This document shows positions 1 through 13,281 of a DNA stretch of 64,000 nucleotides, piece by piece; the first letter of the stretch is position 1, and each line of letters opens with the position of its first letter. The notes under the pieces were generated by a model. The model saw only the letters and a list, made by a program, of their open reading frames with translations. It was not told the origin of the DNA and did no database searches. The DNA is taken from assembly GCA_051362555.1 (NCBI GenBank), contig CM120649.1:15390567-15454566 (forward strand), read 5' to 3'. The stretch is from Lingula anatina (taxonomy: Eukaryota > Animalia > Brachiopoda). The translations under genes were made by a program, and so were the position numbers.

Positions 1-77
1 TATATATTTCAATCGTATGTAGTTAGTCGTTTATTTATTTGCTTAAATAAACTCTGCAAGCCCGAAAGTGTGTTGGT

Positions 78-395
78 TTTAATATCATTATTATTAGTAT
101 CATCATTTACTCTTAGAATAGTTTAAGGTATAAAAAAAATTGTGCGTATTAGTCCTCAATGTATCCATTATTATTATTATTTTTTTAAATATATATTAGT
201 TAGATATATCTTTTTTTTTTGTCTCTATGTATACTTTATATTATTGTCTGTCATTTTTTTTCTGTTTCTCTCAGTATATGATCCTGTGTACCACTTCAGG
301 TATCGATAATTAATTATTTTATTAGCTGACTTACAATTCTATAGTTAATCATTCTATTTTCTGCAATTAAAAAAAAAAAAGAATAGTGAGGAGTG
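78..395 (+). repeat. AT-rich ~320-bp module that follows every gag fragment (copies ~1742-2075, 4498-4820, 14236-14545; partial at 15945-16102 and 23477-23648)
   Basis: Near-identical text, e.g. TACTCTTAGAATAGTTT...GTGCGTATTAGTCCTCAATGTATCC...CACTTCAGGTATCGATAATT. Confidence 0.9.
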
Positions 396-399
396 TTTC

Positions 400-560
400 A
401 GGTGAGCTCCTTGAAGAAACTAACAAACATAAAAAAGATGATTACTGTGGAATATGCAAATCCGAAGTAGAAAAAATCTGTTTGGACTGTGAGAACAAAC
501 TTTGTGCAAAATTTTTTTCGCAAACACGACAGAGAAGTCCATACAAATTTACAAACAACA
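400..560 (+). pseudogene. B-box-like zinc-finger exon remnant (second copy 14548-14700)
   Basis: After TTTCAG| reads ELLEE...CGICKSEVEKICLDCENKLCAKF, with a frameshift in the T-run. The second copy reads CGICKSKAVKVCLDGEHKLCAKFCCKHDREVH. Confidence 0.55.
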
Positions 561-699
561 TTCCATCAGAAGATAAAATGAACAGACGAAACAATGACAA
601 AAAGTTTATAAACCCAAAACATACACGTTGTAAAGTTAATATGAATTTCGATTATATATTTTGACTTTATTTTAAATATTTTAATTTTATTTTTAATTT

Positions 700-1745
700 T
701 GAAATTAGACCTAAGACAGAGTTTGTGTGGTTCTTTCTATTAATTGACTATCGGACAACAAGTGGATGGACAGCACTACCTTTGATCTCTGGGAACCAGT
801 GGATGAGGGGTCACGCTCCTACGTCATTAGAAGGACAGTAACAATTTCACTGAACACTTATTATACAATATGATAAATCAAAGTACCATTTAACTTTGCC
901 AGAGGGGGACCGTCTGCATGTATAAAAGACTGATTTGGTGATGATTTGACATATAGAGAGATAGAGACGAGATTTCAGTTCTAGTTCTGAATTGAGTTGA
1001 GCAAGTTTACTCTGTAGGGGAATACGACGCGGTCGCGTAGAGTCAACTAGATATCAGGAAGGGGACAGTTAGCGTTAACAAGGACATGCACCGTCGGTAT
1101 TACCCCGTTTAATGATTTTTTAAATTAATAAAAAACTTCACCAGTGACGTTGTGGTTTTCTTTGGTTCATTAAGCCCAAAAGACCCTGCCCCAACTTTTG
1201 CATAGCCAAACCATCATCGCGTTGTCCAAGAAGATTGAAAAGTAAAGGTACTATCTTTACAGTGGCTTAGCTCGCCAGGACCTAGGCTTAGTGAACGCGA
1301 AAAAGAAAGACCAGAAAAAAAAGTCTTAGGAACAGTTCCACGCATTGATCGAGAACATCCCCCAACTGACGGAGCAGAGACACGTAGAGGCTGACAGACA
1401 AGGACTCCGATGTGCAGAAGAGAGGGAAAGACATTCTCTGCAAGACTTATCAGATCTGGTTCATCCCTGCGATGGAACAGTCCCTTCCAAAATCCTTGAA
1501 TAGATAGATCAGATGGAGAGAGCAATCTCCTGTGGCCATTGGCAACATTACAAACTGTGCTACAAGGTTGGCACTGAAGACTAGCAGAGGTGCCCTAGCG
1601 GCGGAGGTCAATTATTGCCTTTGCCAACAAAATGATTACTATGGCACAGGTAGGGTAACTCTAGGAGATCACATCCACCACTCGTTCCTGTCACCTTATA
1701 AGACAGCCTGTCTTCAGACGGAGATGGAGTAACTTTGGTATTGAT
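700..1745 (+). mobile_element. Gypsy-like LTR retrotransposon 5' fragment (LTR + leader + truncated gag), copy 1
   Basis: LTR-like segment with TATAAAA (~921) and AATAAA (~1127), ending CCCCAAC (~1195). Followed by a degenerate PBS-like site and a frameshifted gag-capsid-like frame (HPCDGTV...ATRLALKTSRGALAAEV...DHIHHSFLSP). Confidence 0.65.
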
Positions 1746-2226
1746 ATTATCATCATTATTATTAGTATCATCATTTACTCTTAGAATAGTTTAAGGTATA
1801 AAAAAATTGTGCGTATTAGTCCTCAATGTATCCATTATTATTATTATTTTTTTAAATATATATTAGTTAGATATATATATATATATTTTTGTCTCTATGT
1901 ATACTTTATATTATTGTCTTTGTCATTTTTTTTTTCTGTTTCTCTCAGTATATGATCCTGTGTGCCACTTCAGGTATCGATAATTATTTTATTAGTTGAC
2001 TTACAATTCTATAGTTATCCATTCTATTTTCTGCAATTAAAAAAAAAAAAAAAGAAGAAGAACAGTGAGGAGTGTTTATATGGCATTTTACTGCTGTGCC
2101 ACAGATGTGACCTGGGTTTAAACTCATTAAGAACTTTGTAGCCAAGGTCAAGGCAGTGGACATGAACGGTGTTGGTTTTGTACATGGATTGATTTAGTCA
2201 ACACCACACAGAAGAATTCCAAAAAA

Positions 2227-2415
2227 ATGGATGTCAGAGGAGCAAAGCATGTCATCTTATCTGACCCCTCCCTCCCCCAAGGTATCAAGAACCAGAAGGA
2301 CAGAGATGACATTGTTCTGGGGCATGCTGCCAGACAGTATCTGAACTTGTGCAAGGAGAACAAAACTGAAGAGCGTACTGACTTTTTCGACACAGTGGTA
2401 GATTTGTATATATAG
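2227..2415 (+). mobile_element. hAT-like transposase C-terminal fragment (other copies ~4970-5085 and ~6860-7050)
   Basis: NQKDRDDIVLGHAARQYL...ERTDFFDTVVDLY resembles the NQxxxxxxxxGxxxxxxL...FFxxVxxFY segment of invertebrate hAT transposases. Recognised from memory, not searched. Confidence 0.45.
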
Positions 2416-2814
2416 TTTCCTTAGATAAGAATACAACAGATAACTGTAACAGCATGTTTCTTGTTTAGGGAATAATTTAAGCCACTGGACTTATTAATGA
2501 TTGACTAGTGAGGAGTTAGATACTTCAATTTGTGAATATTTCTTTTCTAGAGAACTCTGTCCAGATGGGTCAGATTGACCACCACCAGACGGTCAGGAAT
2601 CTTTGCATACAGAGATGTGGGCACCGATATGACCAAGACTGGAGGTAGATATGAGGGGTGGTCACATATTGATTACGTGTTCCTTGGGAAACTGCAACAC
2701 TGCCACAGAGATAGTATGCCTCGACTGCTCATTCAGCCTCATCCCAAAGCTTTGCAACATTTGTTTAAAAAATCTGCACTAGAATTTGGTCTAAATTAAT
2801 GCCATACCTTTAGA

Positions 2815-3600
2815 GGCATTCTATGGCGTCACAGGCCAAAGCAGAAAGTGGGAGCAGACATTATGGCTTTGTAGGCTAAAGACGTGGTTGTGGTAGATTA
2901 TTCCAAATACCCTGAGACAAAAACAGCCAGGACCGTGTAATACTACACTTAAAATCTACATTTGCAAGACATGGAATTCCTGAGACGATTGTCTCAGACA
3001 ATATGCCATTTGAAAGTTATGACTTTATAAACTTTGCAATGGGGAATAAACCAGGATACCTTGAGTCCCCACTATTCTCAGTCAAATGGACAGAGCTAGA
3101 GAACAGTTCAGACTATTAAGAAAATCTTAAAGAAATCTATGGGTGCTGGAAGAGACCCATACCTTGCCTTGGGGTATCATAATACTCCAATCTCAGGAAT
3201 GGATTTTCCCCAGCTCAGATGAGAAGAAGCAGAGGTTTTCGGTTCTAAGTTACCAAGCTACTTGAACCGCAAGTAGTACTTCTGAAGCAGCAGATACATA
3301 GATGACAGCAGAGGTACAAAAGAATATATGATGAGGTACAAGAGAATATATGACAGAAAAGCAAAGGAGTTGCCCAAGTTAACCCCAGGAGAATCCGTCG
3401 ATCTTCAATGCCAGGGAGAATGGAAGCCAGCATCTGTTGTAAAGAGGGACGCACATCATCTGTTGTTAAGAGGGCGCACATCATCTGTCCTATGTAGTAA
3501 GCTGCAATGGTCATTCATTAAGGAGGAACAGAAGACACGAGCCATAAGCTGCAGCGTATAAAAGAGTGCATAAAGATGGCTTAAAGCTTCAAACAACTTA
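2815..3600 (+). mobile_element. Degenerate Gypsy-type integrase fragment, copy 1
   Basis: Across frameshifts and stops reads QKVGADI...VVVVDYSKYPE...LKSTFARHGIPETIVSDNMPF...SPHYSQSNG...ERTVQTIKKILKK...DPYLAL...NTPISG, then the C-terminal KRIYDRKAKELPKLTPGESV...WKPASVV. Confidence 0.85.
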
Positions 3601-3950
3601 CACTTACACTTTTTTTTTGTGATTTGTGTGGACAATCAGGTTTCCAAGATAAGAAACACACAACAGAAAGCCAGCAATGTAAGTTATCATTGTTTGTTGG
3701 TAAAAGAAGTTCAACTTTCTTTTTTACAGTTAAAATTATTTTTTTTAATACTTCGTTTTTTCTTTTCTTAAATGACATTACTATTTTTATCATTAATATT
3801 ATTACTTTTTTGTTTTTAGTTGGACATGTGTATCTGACGAGAACTTATCACTAAAAGCACACATGTGCAACACATGTTGCAAGCAAGTACACATAGGTGA
3901 CAGGGCTGACCTCTCTCACCTGATGGGCAATCAGACAGCAGTGTCAGACG

Positions 3951-4500
3951 TTGGCATGGCCAAACCATCAATTGCGTTATCCAAGAACATTGAAAAGTAA
4001 AGGTACTATCTTTACAGTGGCTTAGCTCGCCAGGACCTGGGCTTAGTGAACGCGAAAAAGAAATACCAGAAAAAAAGATGCCTCAGGAACAGTTTCATGC
4101 GTTGATCGAGAACAAATGCCAAGTGACAGAGCAGAGACAGGTGGAGGCTGACAGACAAGGACTCTGATGGGCGGAAGAGAAGGAGAGACATTCTCTGCAA
4201 GACTTATCAGATCTGTTTCATCCCTGCGATGGAACAGTCCCTTCTAAAACCCTTGAATGGATAGATCAGATGGAGAAAGTGATCTCCTGTGGCCACGGCA
4301 ACATTACAAACTGTGCTACAAGGTTGGCCCTGAAGACTAGCAGAGGTGCCCTAGCAGCAGAGGTTGATTATTGCCTTTGCCAACAAAATGATTACTACGG
4401 CACAGGTGTGGTAACTCTACGAGATCACATCCACTACTCGTTCCTGTCACCTTATGAGGCAGCCTGTCTTCAGACAGAGATGGAGCAACTTTGGTATTGA
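3951..4500 (+). mobile_element. Gypsy-like PBS + leader + truncated gag, copy 2 (no LTR)
   Basis: Begins at TTGGCATGGCC (TGG PBS-like). ATG at 4078, internal TGA, and the same 3' truncation point as the other copies. Confidence 0.65.
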
Positions 4501-5530
4501 TATTATTATCATTATTATTAGTATCATCAGTTACTCTTAGAATAGTTTCAGGTAAAAAGAAATTGTGCGTATTAGTCCTCAATGTATCCATTATTATTAT
4601 TTTTTTTTTAAATATATATTAGTTAGATATGTCTTTTTTTGTTTGTCTCTTATGTATAATTTTTATTATTGTCTTTGTTATTTTTTTTCTGTTTCTCTCA
4701 GTATATGATCCTGTATGCCACTTCAGGTATCGATAATTAATTATTTTATTAGTTGACTTACAATTGTATAGTTATTCATTCTATTTTCTGCAATAAAAAA
4801 AAAGAATAGTGAGGAGTGTTTATATGGCATTTTACTGCTGTGCCACAGATATGACCTGGGTTTAAACTCATTAAGAACTTTGTAGCCAATGTCAAGACAG
4901 TGTACATGAACGGTGTTGGTTTTGTACACGGATTGATTAAGTCAACACCACACAGAAGAATTCCAATAAAATGGATGTCAGAGGAGCAAAGCATGTCATC
5001 TTATCGGACCTCTCCCTCCCCCAAGGTGTCAGAAGAACCAGAAGGACAGAGATGACATTGTTCTGGGGCATGCTGCAGTATCTGAACGGATACCAGTATT
5101 TCACGCTGTTAAGTTAATTACTACCAAGTGACACTGGTCGGATACCAGTATAGCAAAACCTGATTGGACAACCTAGTCTCATTATGATCAGCCAATCAGA
5201 ATCATAAGGAGTTCAGCTTCACCAAAAACAAAGAACACTCTCTCTCACTTCCTGAGAAATTTTCAACCTAGCAGTACATGCTCAGGAGAGAAGAGTTTTT
5301 AATGAATTTCATAAAGTTTCTTGAAGTTTTTCAGTACCACAAGGAATATCAAGCAAAACGCAAGTGTACCATAAAGAGGCGATCACCAGTTAATCAAATT
5401 CACAACAAGGGTGAGTACCTAAATTTTAGAACCTGTTTGAGTATTTAAGCTCAAAGTTTAAGCTATTGCAGTATTTAGTGAATTTTGCATTCAGTTTACA
5501 CAGAACTTGACTTGTCTCGCATTATTCAGA

Positions 5531-6065
5531 ATGGTTCACAAGGTTTTAGCACTGGGTCACTCATACATTCGTAGGTTAGGGCAAACTGTAGAAAATCTGC
5601 AAGAAGACTATTTTAATCTGGGTTTTGATGGGACTAGTGTACAAGTTGTCTGTCATGGCATAGGGGGAGGTGTAATTAGTAAGGGCCTTAAGTCTCTTAG
5701 AAATGAAATGCATATGTTAGCTAGCTATAACCCAGATGTAGTATACCTTCAAGTAGGAGGCAACAATTTGGCAAAGAAACATGGAAGCTGCACAGGAGGT
5801 ATTGAAATTTGCTGAGGACTTGATCAGTTTCCCAAGCGTTACGTTAGTCATCATTGGACAACTGCTGCCACGTTATGTAGATACAGGGTCTTACAATGAA
5901 AAGGTAGTTAAAACAAATTTACATCTCAAAGCATATGCAAAAAGTCGCCCCAACATATATTTTTGGCATCACAGGGGTTTCTGGAAAGATTCACAGGGCA
6001 TGTTTAGTAGAGATAGGGTACGTTTAAACTATTCAGGAATGCAAAGAGCGTACGTTGTGCCATAG
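5531..6065 (+). pseudogene. SGNH/GDSL-hydrolase-like ORF of the kind carried by DIRS/Ngaro tyrosine-recombinase retroelements, frameshifted
   Basis: Two overlapping ORFs join at ~5780. Block I VLALGHSYIRRL, block II HGIGGG, block III PDVVYLQVGGNNL, then IIGQLLPR and FWHHRG; block V is degenerate (DRVRLN in place of DGVHLN). Confidence 0.75.
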
Positions 6066-7459
6066 GAAAGGGCCTTGCAAAATTGTAGTAGCCAACAGAA
6101 CCTTAGTTTAATTAAGCACTTTTAGTTTCAGTACTGCACTCTCAAGAGTAGAATTAACATTAAAAACACAGTTTACAGAGCCCGAATGGCCAGTGAGTTG
6201 AAAAGTATTTGGCATGGACTGAAATATAATCAAAATTTCCCAATACTTTTGTTTTTTCATTAAGATTCGGTGGGATCTTAAAGTTCTGAATTGGCTTTCC
6301 AACCATGTCACTTCAAGAGGAAATAGAAAGACAGCTTCATTTAATTGAAGAATTAGATAGAAACATTGAACAATGTGCGTTGTATTTTATTTTTAATTTG
6401 TATATATAGTATCCATAGATAAGAATACAAAAGATAACTGTAACAGCATGTTTCTTGTTTAGGGAATAATTTAAGCTACTGGACTTATTAATGATCGAAT
6501 AGTGAGGAGTTAGATACTTCACTTTGTGAATATTTCTTTTCTAGAGAACTCCATCCAGATGGGTCAGACTGTCCACCAAGAGACCATCACCAGACGGTCA
6601 GGAATCTTTGCATACAGAGAGTTTGGCCCTGGGGGAATTATGTATGACTGTTCATTCAACATCATCCCGAAGCTTTGTGACAAATGTTTACCATATCTGC
6701 ACTCGGTGCCATTATATGGCATTTTACTGCTGTGCCACAGATGTGACCTGGGTTTGAACTCGTTTAGAACTTCTAGCCAATGTCAATGCAGTGTACATGT
6801 GCGATGTTGGTTTTGTACATGGATTGATTAAGTCAACACCACACAAAAATTCCAATAAAATGGATGTCAGAGGAGCAAAGCATGTCATCTTATCTGACCC
6901 CTCCCTCCCTCAAGGTGTCAGAAGAACCAGAAGGACAGAGATGACATTGTCCTGGGACATGCTGCCAGACAGTATCTGAACTTGTGCAAGGAGAACAAAA
7001 CTGAAGAGCATACAGACTTTTTCGACACAGTCGTAGATTTGTATATATAGTTTCCTTAGATAAGCATACAACAGATAACTGTAACAGCATGTTTCTTGTT
7101 TAGAGAATAATTTAAGCCACTGGACTTATTAATGATTGACTAGTGAGGAGTTAGATACTTCAATTTGTGAATATTTCTTTTCTAGAGAACCCTGTCCAGA
7201 TGGGTCAGACTGACCACCAAGTGACCACCACCAGACGGTCAGGAATCTTTGCATACAGAGATGTGGGCACCGATATGACCAAGACTGGAGGTAGATATGA
7301 GGGGTGGTCACATATTGATTACGTGTTCCTTGGGAAACTGCAACACTGCCACAGAGATAGTATGCCTCGACTGCTCATTCAGCCTCATCCCAAAGCTTTG
7401 CAACATTTGTTTAAAAAATCTGCACTAGATTTTGGTCTAAATTAATGCCATACCTTAAG

Positions 7460-8630
7460 AGGCATTCTATGGCATCACAGGCCAAAGCAGAAAGTGGGAG
7501 CAGATATTATGGCTTTGTAGGCTAAAGACGTGGTTGTGGTAGATTATTCCAAATACCCTGAGACAAAAACAGCCAGGACCGTGTAATACTACACTTAAAA
7601 TCTACATTTGCAAGACATGGAATTCCTGAGACGATTGTCTCAGACAATATGCCATTTGGCAGTTATGACTTTATAAACTTTGCAAGAGAATGGGGAATAA
7701 ACCAGGATACCTCGAGTCCCCACTATTCTCAGTCAAATGGACAGAGCTAGAGAACAGTTCAGAGTATTAAGAAAATCTTAAAGAAATCTATGGGTGCTGG
7801 AAGAGACCCATACCTTGCCTTGGGGTATCGTAATACTCCAATCTCAGGAATGGATTTTCCCCAGCTCAGATGTGAAGGAGCAGAGGTTTTCGGTTCTAAG
7901 TTACCAAGCTACTTGAACTGCAAGTAGTACTTCTGAAGCAGCAGATACATAGACGACAGCAGAGGTACAAAAGAATATATGACGAGGTACAAGAGAATAT
8001 ATGACAGAAAAGCAAAGGAGTTGCCCGAGTTAACCCCAGGAGAATCAGTCGATCTTCAATGCCAGGGAGAATGGAAGCCAGCATCTGTTGTAAAGAGGGA
8101 CACACATCCTCGGTCCCATGTAGTGAGCTACAATGGTCATTCATTTAGGAGGAACAGAAGACATGAGCCATATGCTGCAGCGTATAAAAGAGTGAATGAG
8201 GATGGCGTAAAGCTTCAAACAACTTACACTAACACTTTTTTTTTTTTGTGATTTGTGTGGACAATCAGGTTTCCAAGATAAGAAACACACCACAGAAAGC
8301 CGGCAATGTAAGTTATCATTGTTTGTTGGTAGAAGATATTTCAACTTTCTTTCTTGGGAAACTGCAACTCGGCCAGAGATATGCCTCGACTGCTCATACA
8401 GCCTCATCCCAAGGCTTGGCGACATTTGTTTACAAAATCTGCACAAGAATTTGGTCCAAATTAATTCCATACCAGGATACCTCAAGTCCCCACTATTCTC
8501 AGTCAAATGGACAGGCTAGAGAACAGTTCAGGCTATTAAGAAAATCTTAAAGAAATCTATGGGTGCTGGAAAAGACCCATACCTTGCCTTAGGGTATCGT
8601 AATACTCCAATCTCAGGAATGGACTTATTG
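7460..8630 (+). mobile_element. Degenerate Gypsy-type integrase fragment, copy 2, plus a partial third copy (8470-8630)
   Basis: Near-identical to 2815-3600. C-terminus WKPASVVKRDTHPRSHVVSYNGHSFRRNRRH is typical of this integrase group. Confidence 0.85.
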
Positions 8631-9329
8631 TTTGTTGGTAGATAGTTCAACTTTCTTTATTACAGTTAAAATTGTTTTTTTTTAATACCTCATTTTCTTT
8701 TCTTCAATGACATTACTATAATTATTATTAATATTATTACTTTTTTGTTTAAAGTCTGAACCACATTGGACATTGTATCTGATGAAAACTTAACACTTAG
8801 TGTTTTACATTTATAAATATTTCAATGATTGATTATCCTTAGTTCAGCTCTTTAAATTCACCAACCCGCTTTTTGCCGTAGGCAGTCTCAACAGAAAAAA
8901 CTTTTTCACACTGTTGTCTTCTCCTTGCAGGACCCACAAGATTGAATGGAAGACTGAGAGCTACCATGGATAGTATGCTAAGAGGTATGAAATTTTGTCA
9001 TGAGCACGATAAGGAAGTTCATTCAATCATACGATTAACATTTTATCAAAGGATTAAGTTGTCAAACTGAATGAGAATACTGAGGCATGTTAACGAATTC
9101 CACCAAACATGTTAAATCAAAGTTAGAATATGCACTCTGGTAAAAGGAGGCTTGTTTGTAAGGTGATTTTAAGGCGGCAGAATAAAGTGTGTTCTGACAA
9201 ATTTCAGCATTTAACAAGTTGTAGCAGAGCAAGTTCATAACAATTGTTACTATAAGCATGGCGACAAGTGGTAACACCAGTTATACAAGCAACAATAAGA
9301 AGTGCGGGGCAGCATTACAGAGTAGGCTA

Positions 9330-9580
9330 AAGCAAAAAATGGTGTAGCGGTTGCCCCGACTTTTGTGAGAGAAGCACAAACACATCAGAGAACAGGTATT
9401 TGATCAGTTGACACTTGACAATTGATTAAGTAAAGCAGGATGATAGCTTTCAGCATTTGAAGACTATGAGAGAGACTGAGCGAGTGTATTGCCGTATTTG
9501 ACAGTCAATACAAGAAAATTGAAAAGAAAAACATGAAACTGCCTCCTGAACTTTTATCCATTAAATTACTAGACATTTTC
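9330..9580 (+). mobile_element. Copia-like (GalEa-type) gag fragment
   Basis: AFSAFEDYER...IAVFDSQYKKIEKKNMKLPPELLSIKLLD resembles the 'F..Y.K....M.LP..LA.KLL' gag motif. Short and broken. Confidence 0.45.
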
Positions 9581-12209
9581 TGAGAGACTGCCCAGACTTG
9601 CGGGAGACAGTAAACATTGCAGAAGAAAGTCCACCAGAGATGTCATCAAACAGTCAATGTAGTTTGCCTAATGAGCAAACGTAAAAGCAAAACAAAGGGT
9701 GTTTTTGCAACAACTGTACTTTACACCATACCTTACCAAAAAAAAAAAAAAAAAACTTGATTTTCTGCGTGCTGGGCAAAAAGATTTTAATAAGTTAACT
9801 CAAAACTAGGGGAAGTTAAGTGCATCTTGCAGGAAAAGTGGAAGAAAATAATATTTCTTACATTGGCGCTGAGATAATTTCACAGAAAACATCAAAATAC
9901 ATAGTTTCTGGTGCAAACACCCTCACATGTGCAAGTAAGAAAACACATCCAATGGTTCTTTTTTGCAACAAATGTTTCACCAATTAACACAGTCAATCAC
10001 AATTGAAGGGTCTGCAGTAGTCAGTATGACATTCTTACTGCGTGGTGTAATACCTTTTATCACTCCGTCAGCTTTTTGCCAGAAAAGACTATTCATTCTC
10101 ATGTAAATAGAATTTGCGAAAAAATTTAAAAAAAAAGTACAATACAAGGAGAAGTAAAAAGAAGAAAGAAGCCCTTATAGAGTTACTTTTAAGTCCAGTG
10201 AAGATGCCGGTAATGTACAGCACCGTGATTATTGTACTGCAACAGTTTCTAGCCAGGATGCCCTTCTGATTTTCTGACCCATTGTTCTGGAGTCATAAGG
10301 TCCACTTAAACACGGTATGTTGTAAAGTGATGTGGTGGTCTTAAAAGTCGAAACAGATTGTTCAAAACACAGTTAACTGCATCTTGCGCTTTATTAAAAA
10401 CAGAATATCCGCTTGAACATGGAACTTTGAACATGAACCCAGGCTGATGCTGCAAAACTTAAAGGGACGGTTGGGTCAAAAGCTAGGAAAGTGCAAGAGG
10501 ATATTTTGACTAAATACAGAGAAATTCGGGCATTGAAATTGGAAACCAAGGGCAACTTAGAGATGGTGAAAGAGCTTCTGAAAGGTAATTATTGTGTAGT
10601 AATTTTACATACTGTAAACCTGTTGTTTTTGTAACCCTAATATTTTTACAGACTGGCTTGGATTTAATGTTTCCTTTCCTCAGATATGTACATGTAAGGT
10701 GCTGTAAAATACTGTTAATCCTAAACTAGCAATATTTCTTGTCTTAATTTCTTATAATTATAAATCAAAGGGGCTGCTCAAGACTAAATGTTATTGGGGT
10801 ACAAGTTGTGTCCAACTCAGAAATTTCCTTGTTAAAACCAAATCATTGTTGGAAATGTCAAAAAAGTGTCATTGAGGCCAAAATTCTCAATTGCTAATTT
10901 TAACATTACTTTTTTTTAAAAATTATTGTTTTATATGTTTGCATTAATTTACTTGTCTTTTATCAGTATTAGTGAATTTAAATTTTCAGAAATGGCAATG
11001 GCAAGAACATCTGCCAGAGGAGGGGGAGAAATACCATCAGCCATCTGCTGAAGTAGAACAAGCATCTGCTGTGGTTGGGGAAAGTAGCTTCGGACAACTT
11101 GACAGGTAAAAAGTGAAAATACTGTAAACCCCATAATTCTGGACTTAATGAGGTCCATTTAATAGTGCATAAGGTTTGAAACATAATATTATTTACATTG
11201 TTTACCTAGCCTACGTCGATCAGTAGAAATGGAAAATCTGGACGAAGAAACACCTTCAATCACATTAACAGGCACTAGGCCCTTTATTCAGCCCAACATG
11301 TCTGAAAGTCATCAAATCAACATATCCAAGATTTGGTCAGGAAGAAGCCCAACAAGGAAATAACACTGACTACAGTCTCTCACCAGAGAGTGTGGCGTTT
11401 ATAGAAAAGGACTTGTCCTCAACTTAGTGTCATGCAGTGATGATCAAACAGCATATTATGCCAACTGGATCAGCAAATGGTCAAACATCGGAAGCAGCAT
11501 CCATCTAGAAGGATGTCACGAAACAGCTGATATGGTGTTTGAATTGTGCAAACAAAAATGTAAAAAAAATATTCATTTGCAATCACTTTGCTTCTAAACA
11601 CAGCCAAAAAAACCACAAAACCTTACCAATTAACAAAGAAAAAAAACTTTTTTAAAGTACAATACAAGGAGAAGTAAAAAGAAGAAGGAAGCCCTAATAG
11701 AGTTACTTTTAAGTCCAGTGAAGATGCCTGTTAGCAAACTAGTGGGTAATGTACAGTAGTATTATTATTGTACTGTGACAGTTTCAAGCCAGGATGCCCC
11801 TTCTGATTTTCTGACCCATCGTTCTGGAGTCATAAGTCATTTTTAAGTTATTATTTTATATGTTTGCATTAGTTTACTTGTCTTTTATCAGTATTAGTAT
11901 ATATTTGTATATATATTATATATATTATATATTTGTGACTAGTCTTTTCTTTAAATATAATATTTTAAAAATTATTATTATTTATTAGTTTCTTTTTAAA
12001 TCTAACTTAATGACTTGATATTTCAAGGGTTAGCTTATAATGCTTCGGCGACTTACCATCTTTAATTTTACTTTAGTAATATTTAACCTTTTAAGAGAAT
12101 AAAGATGTTAAAAAAGAATCGCATATGTAGCATGGAAAATGTTCAGCCCAAAAAGACACTAAGAATTAATGGAATCACCAGTTTTCGACAAAACATTAGG
12201 AAGAGTGAC

Positions 12210-12610
12210 ATCATTCAAAGCTGACATCAAATTGCAAGAAGGGGCTAAACCTATATCTTGTAAAGCAAGGCCAGTGCCCTAAGCACTCAGACAGCAAGTG
12301 GAAGAAAAATTAGATTGGATGCCCAAGGAGTAAAAAGTAGGGAAGAGTGAGTGGGCCTCACAGCCTAGACCAACAGTAAAAGAATTTGAATGTCGTTGCA
12401 ACTGAAAATGTAAATCATATGCTGAAATCTATAGCTGTAAAACCTAAGACAGGTCTTCATGTACAATTTTCTAGCAGTGGTCAGGGCAGTGTACATGTAC
12501 GATGTTACAGATGCAATGGAACTGGACTCTGGGGAAAAGAACCTAAATGTCCTGCATGTGGAAAAATTTTGCCATAAATGTGGAAAAGAAGAACATTTTT
12601 GAAGTTGCAT
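12210..12610 (+). mobile_element. Gypsy pol (start of RT) fragment joined to a gag zinc-knuckle fragment
   Basis: FKADIKLQEGAKPISCKARPVP*ALRQQVEEKLD...SEWAS at 12215-12365, then CYRCNGTG...KCPACGKI/CHKCGKEEHF at 12500-12600. The order is reversed relative to an intact element. Confidence 0.75.
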
Positions 12611-13281
12611 GTTCTTGTCATGTTCCCTTGAGTCATCTGACCCAGACAGGGTCAACAGAAGAGCTCCTTGAAGACACAGACAATGCATTACAAAATGCCG
12701 CATAGAGAGTTGTTCATAGATATGGTGACTGCAATTCCCAGGCTGACGCCATTTGTTTCAATTGTGAATACGGACTTTGTTTGAATTACAAAATAATACT
12801 TGGAGGGGTGTTCATAGACATATTAAATGTAATTCTCTCATGGATATGGCGTGTCTTGATTGCAAAAAAAGAAGATTTGCTAAAAATTTTGTCGCAGACA
12901 TGTTGGCGTGTTTCAGAGACGTATGGCCAACATTTCACTGTAGCATTTATTTGCGAGTCCAAAAGCAAACTTTGGTCAATTCTGGAAAATTATGAAAAAA
13001 TTACCATTTCTTAGTATTAAATTCTAAAGCAAAATTCAAATTTCACTGAAGCCCCAGCTCCTCTTCCTGATCCGGGAGATCATCGGAGCTATGAAAGTTA
13101 CCATCAGTATATTTACCTTTCTCATTAATTTGATTATCATTCATTATTTATCTATATATTATTTACAGATACAATGATTAACACTGCTGTGATGACGTTA
13201 GCATTAACGTCAGTCTAAAGGCTGGAGGTCATTGTTATTGGAAAATATTTTTTACATGTTCAAACATGTATTGTTAATTAC

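Noticed and set aside
2575-2799. ORF-track peptides MTTTRRSGIFAYRD... (also 7167-7445) as a small conserved gene or the integrase HHCC domain
   Set aside because: The ORF crosses a module junction; the meaningful Cys/His pattern is in a different frame and has B-box-like, not HHCC, spacing.
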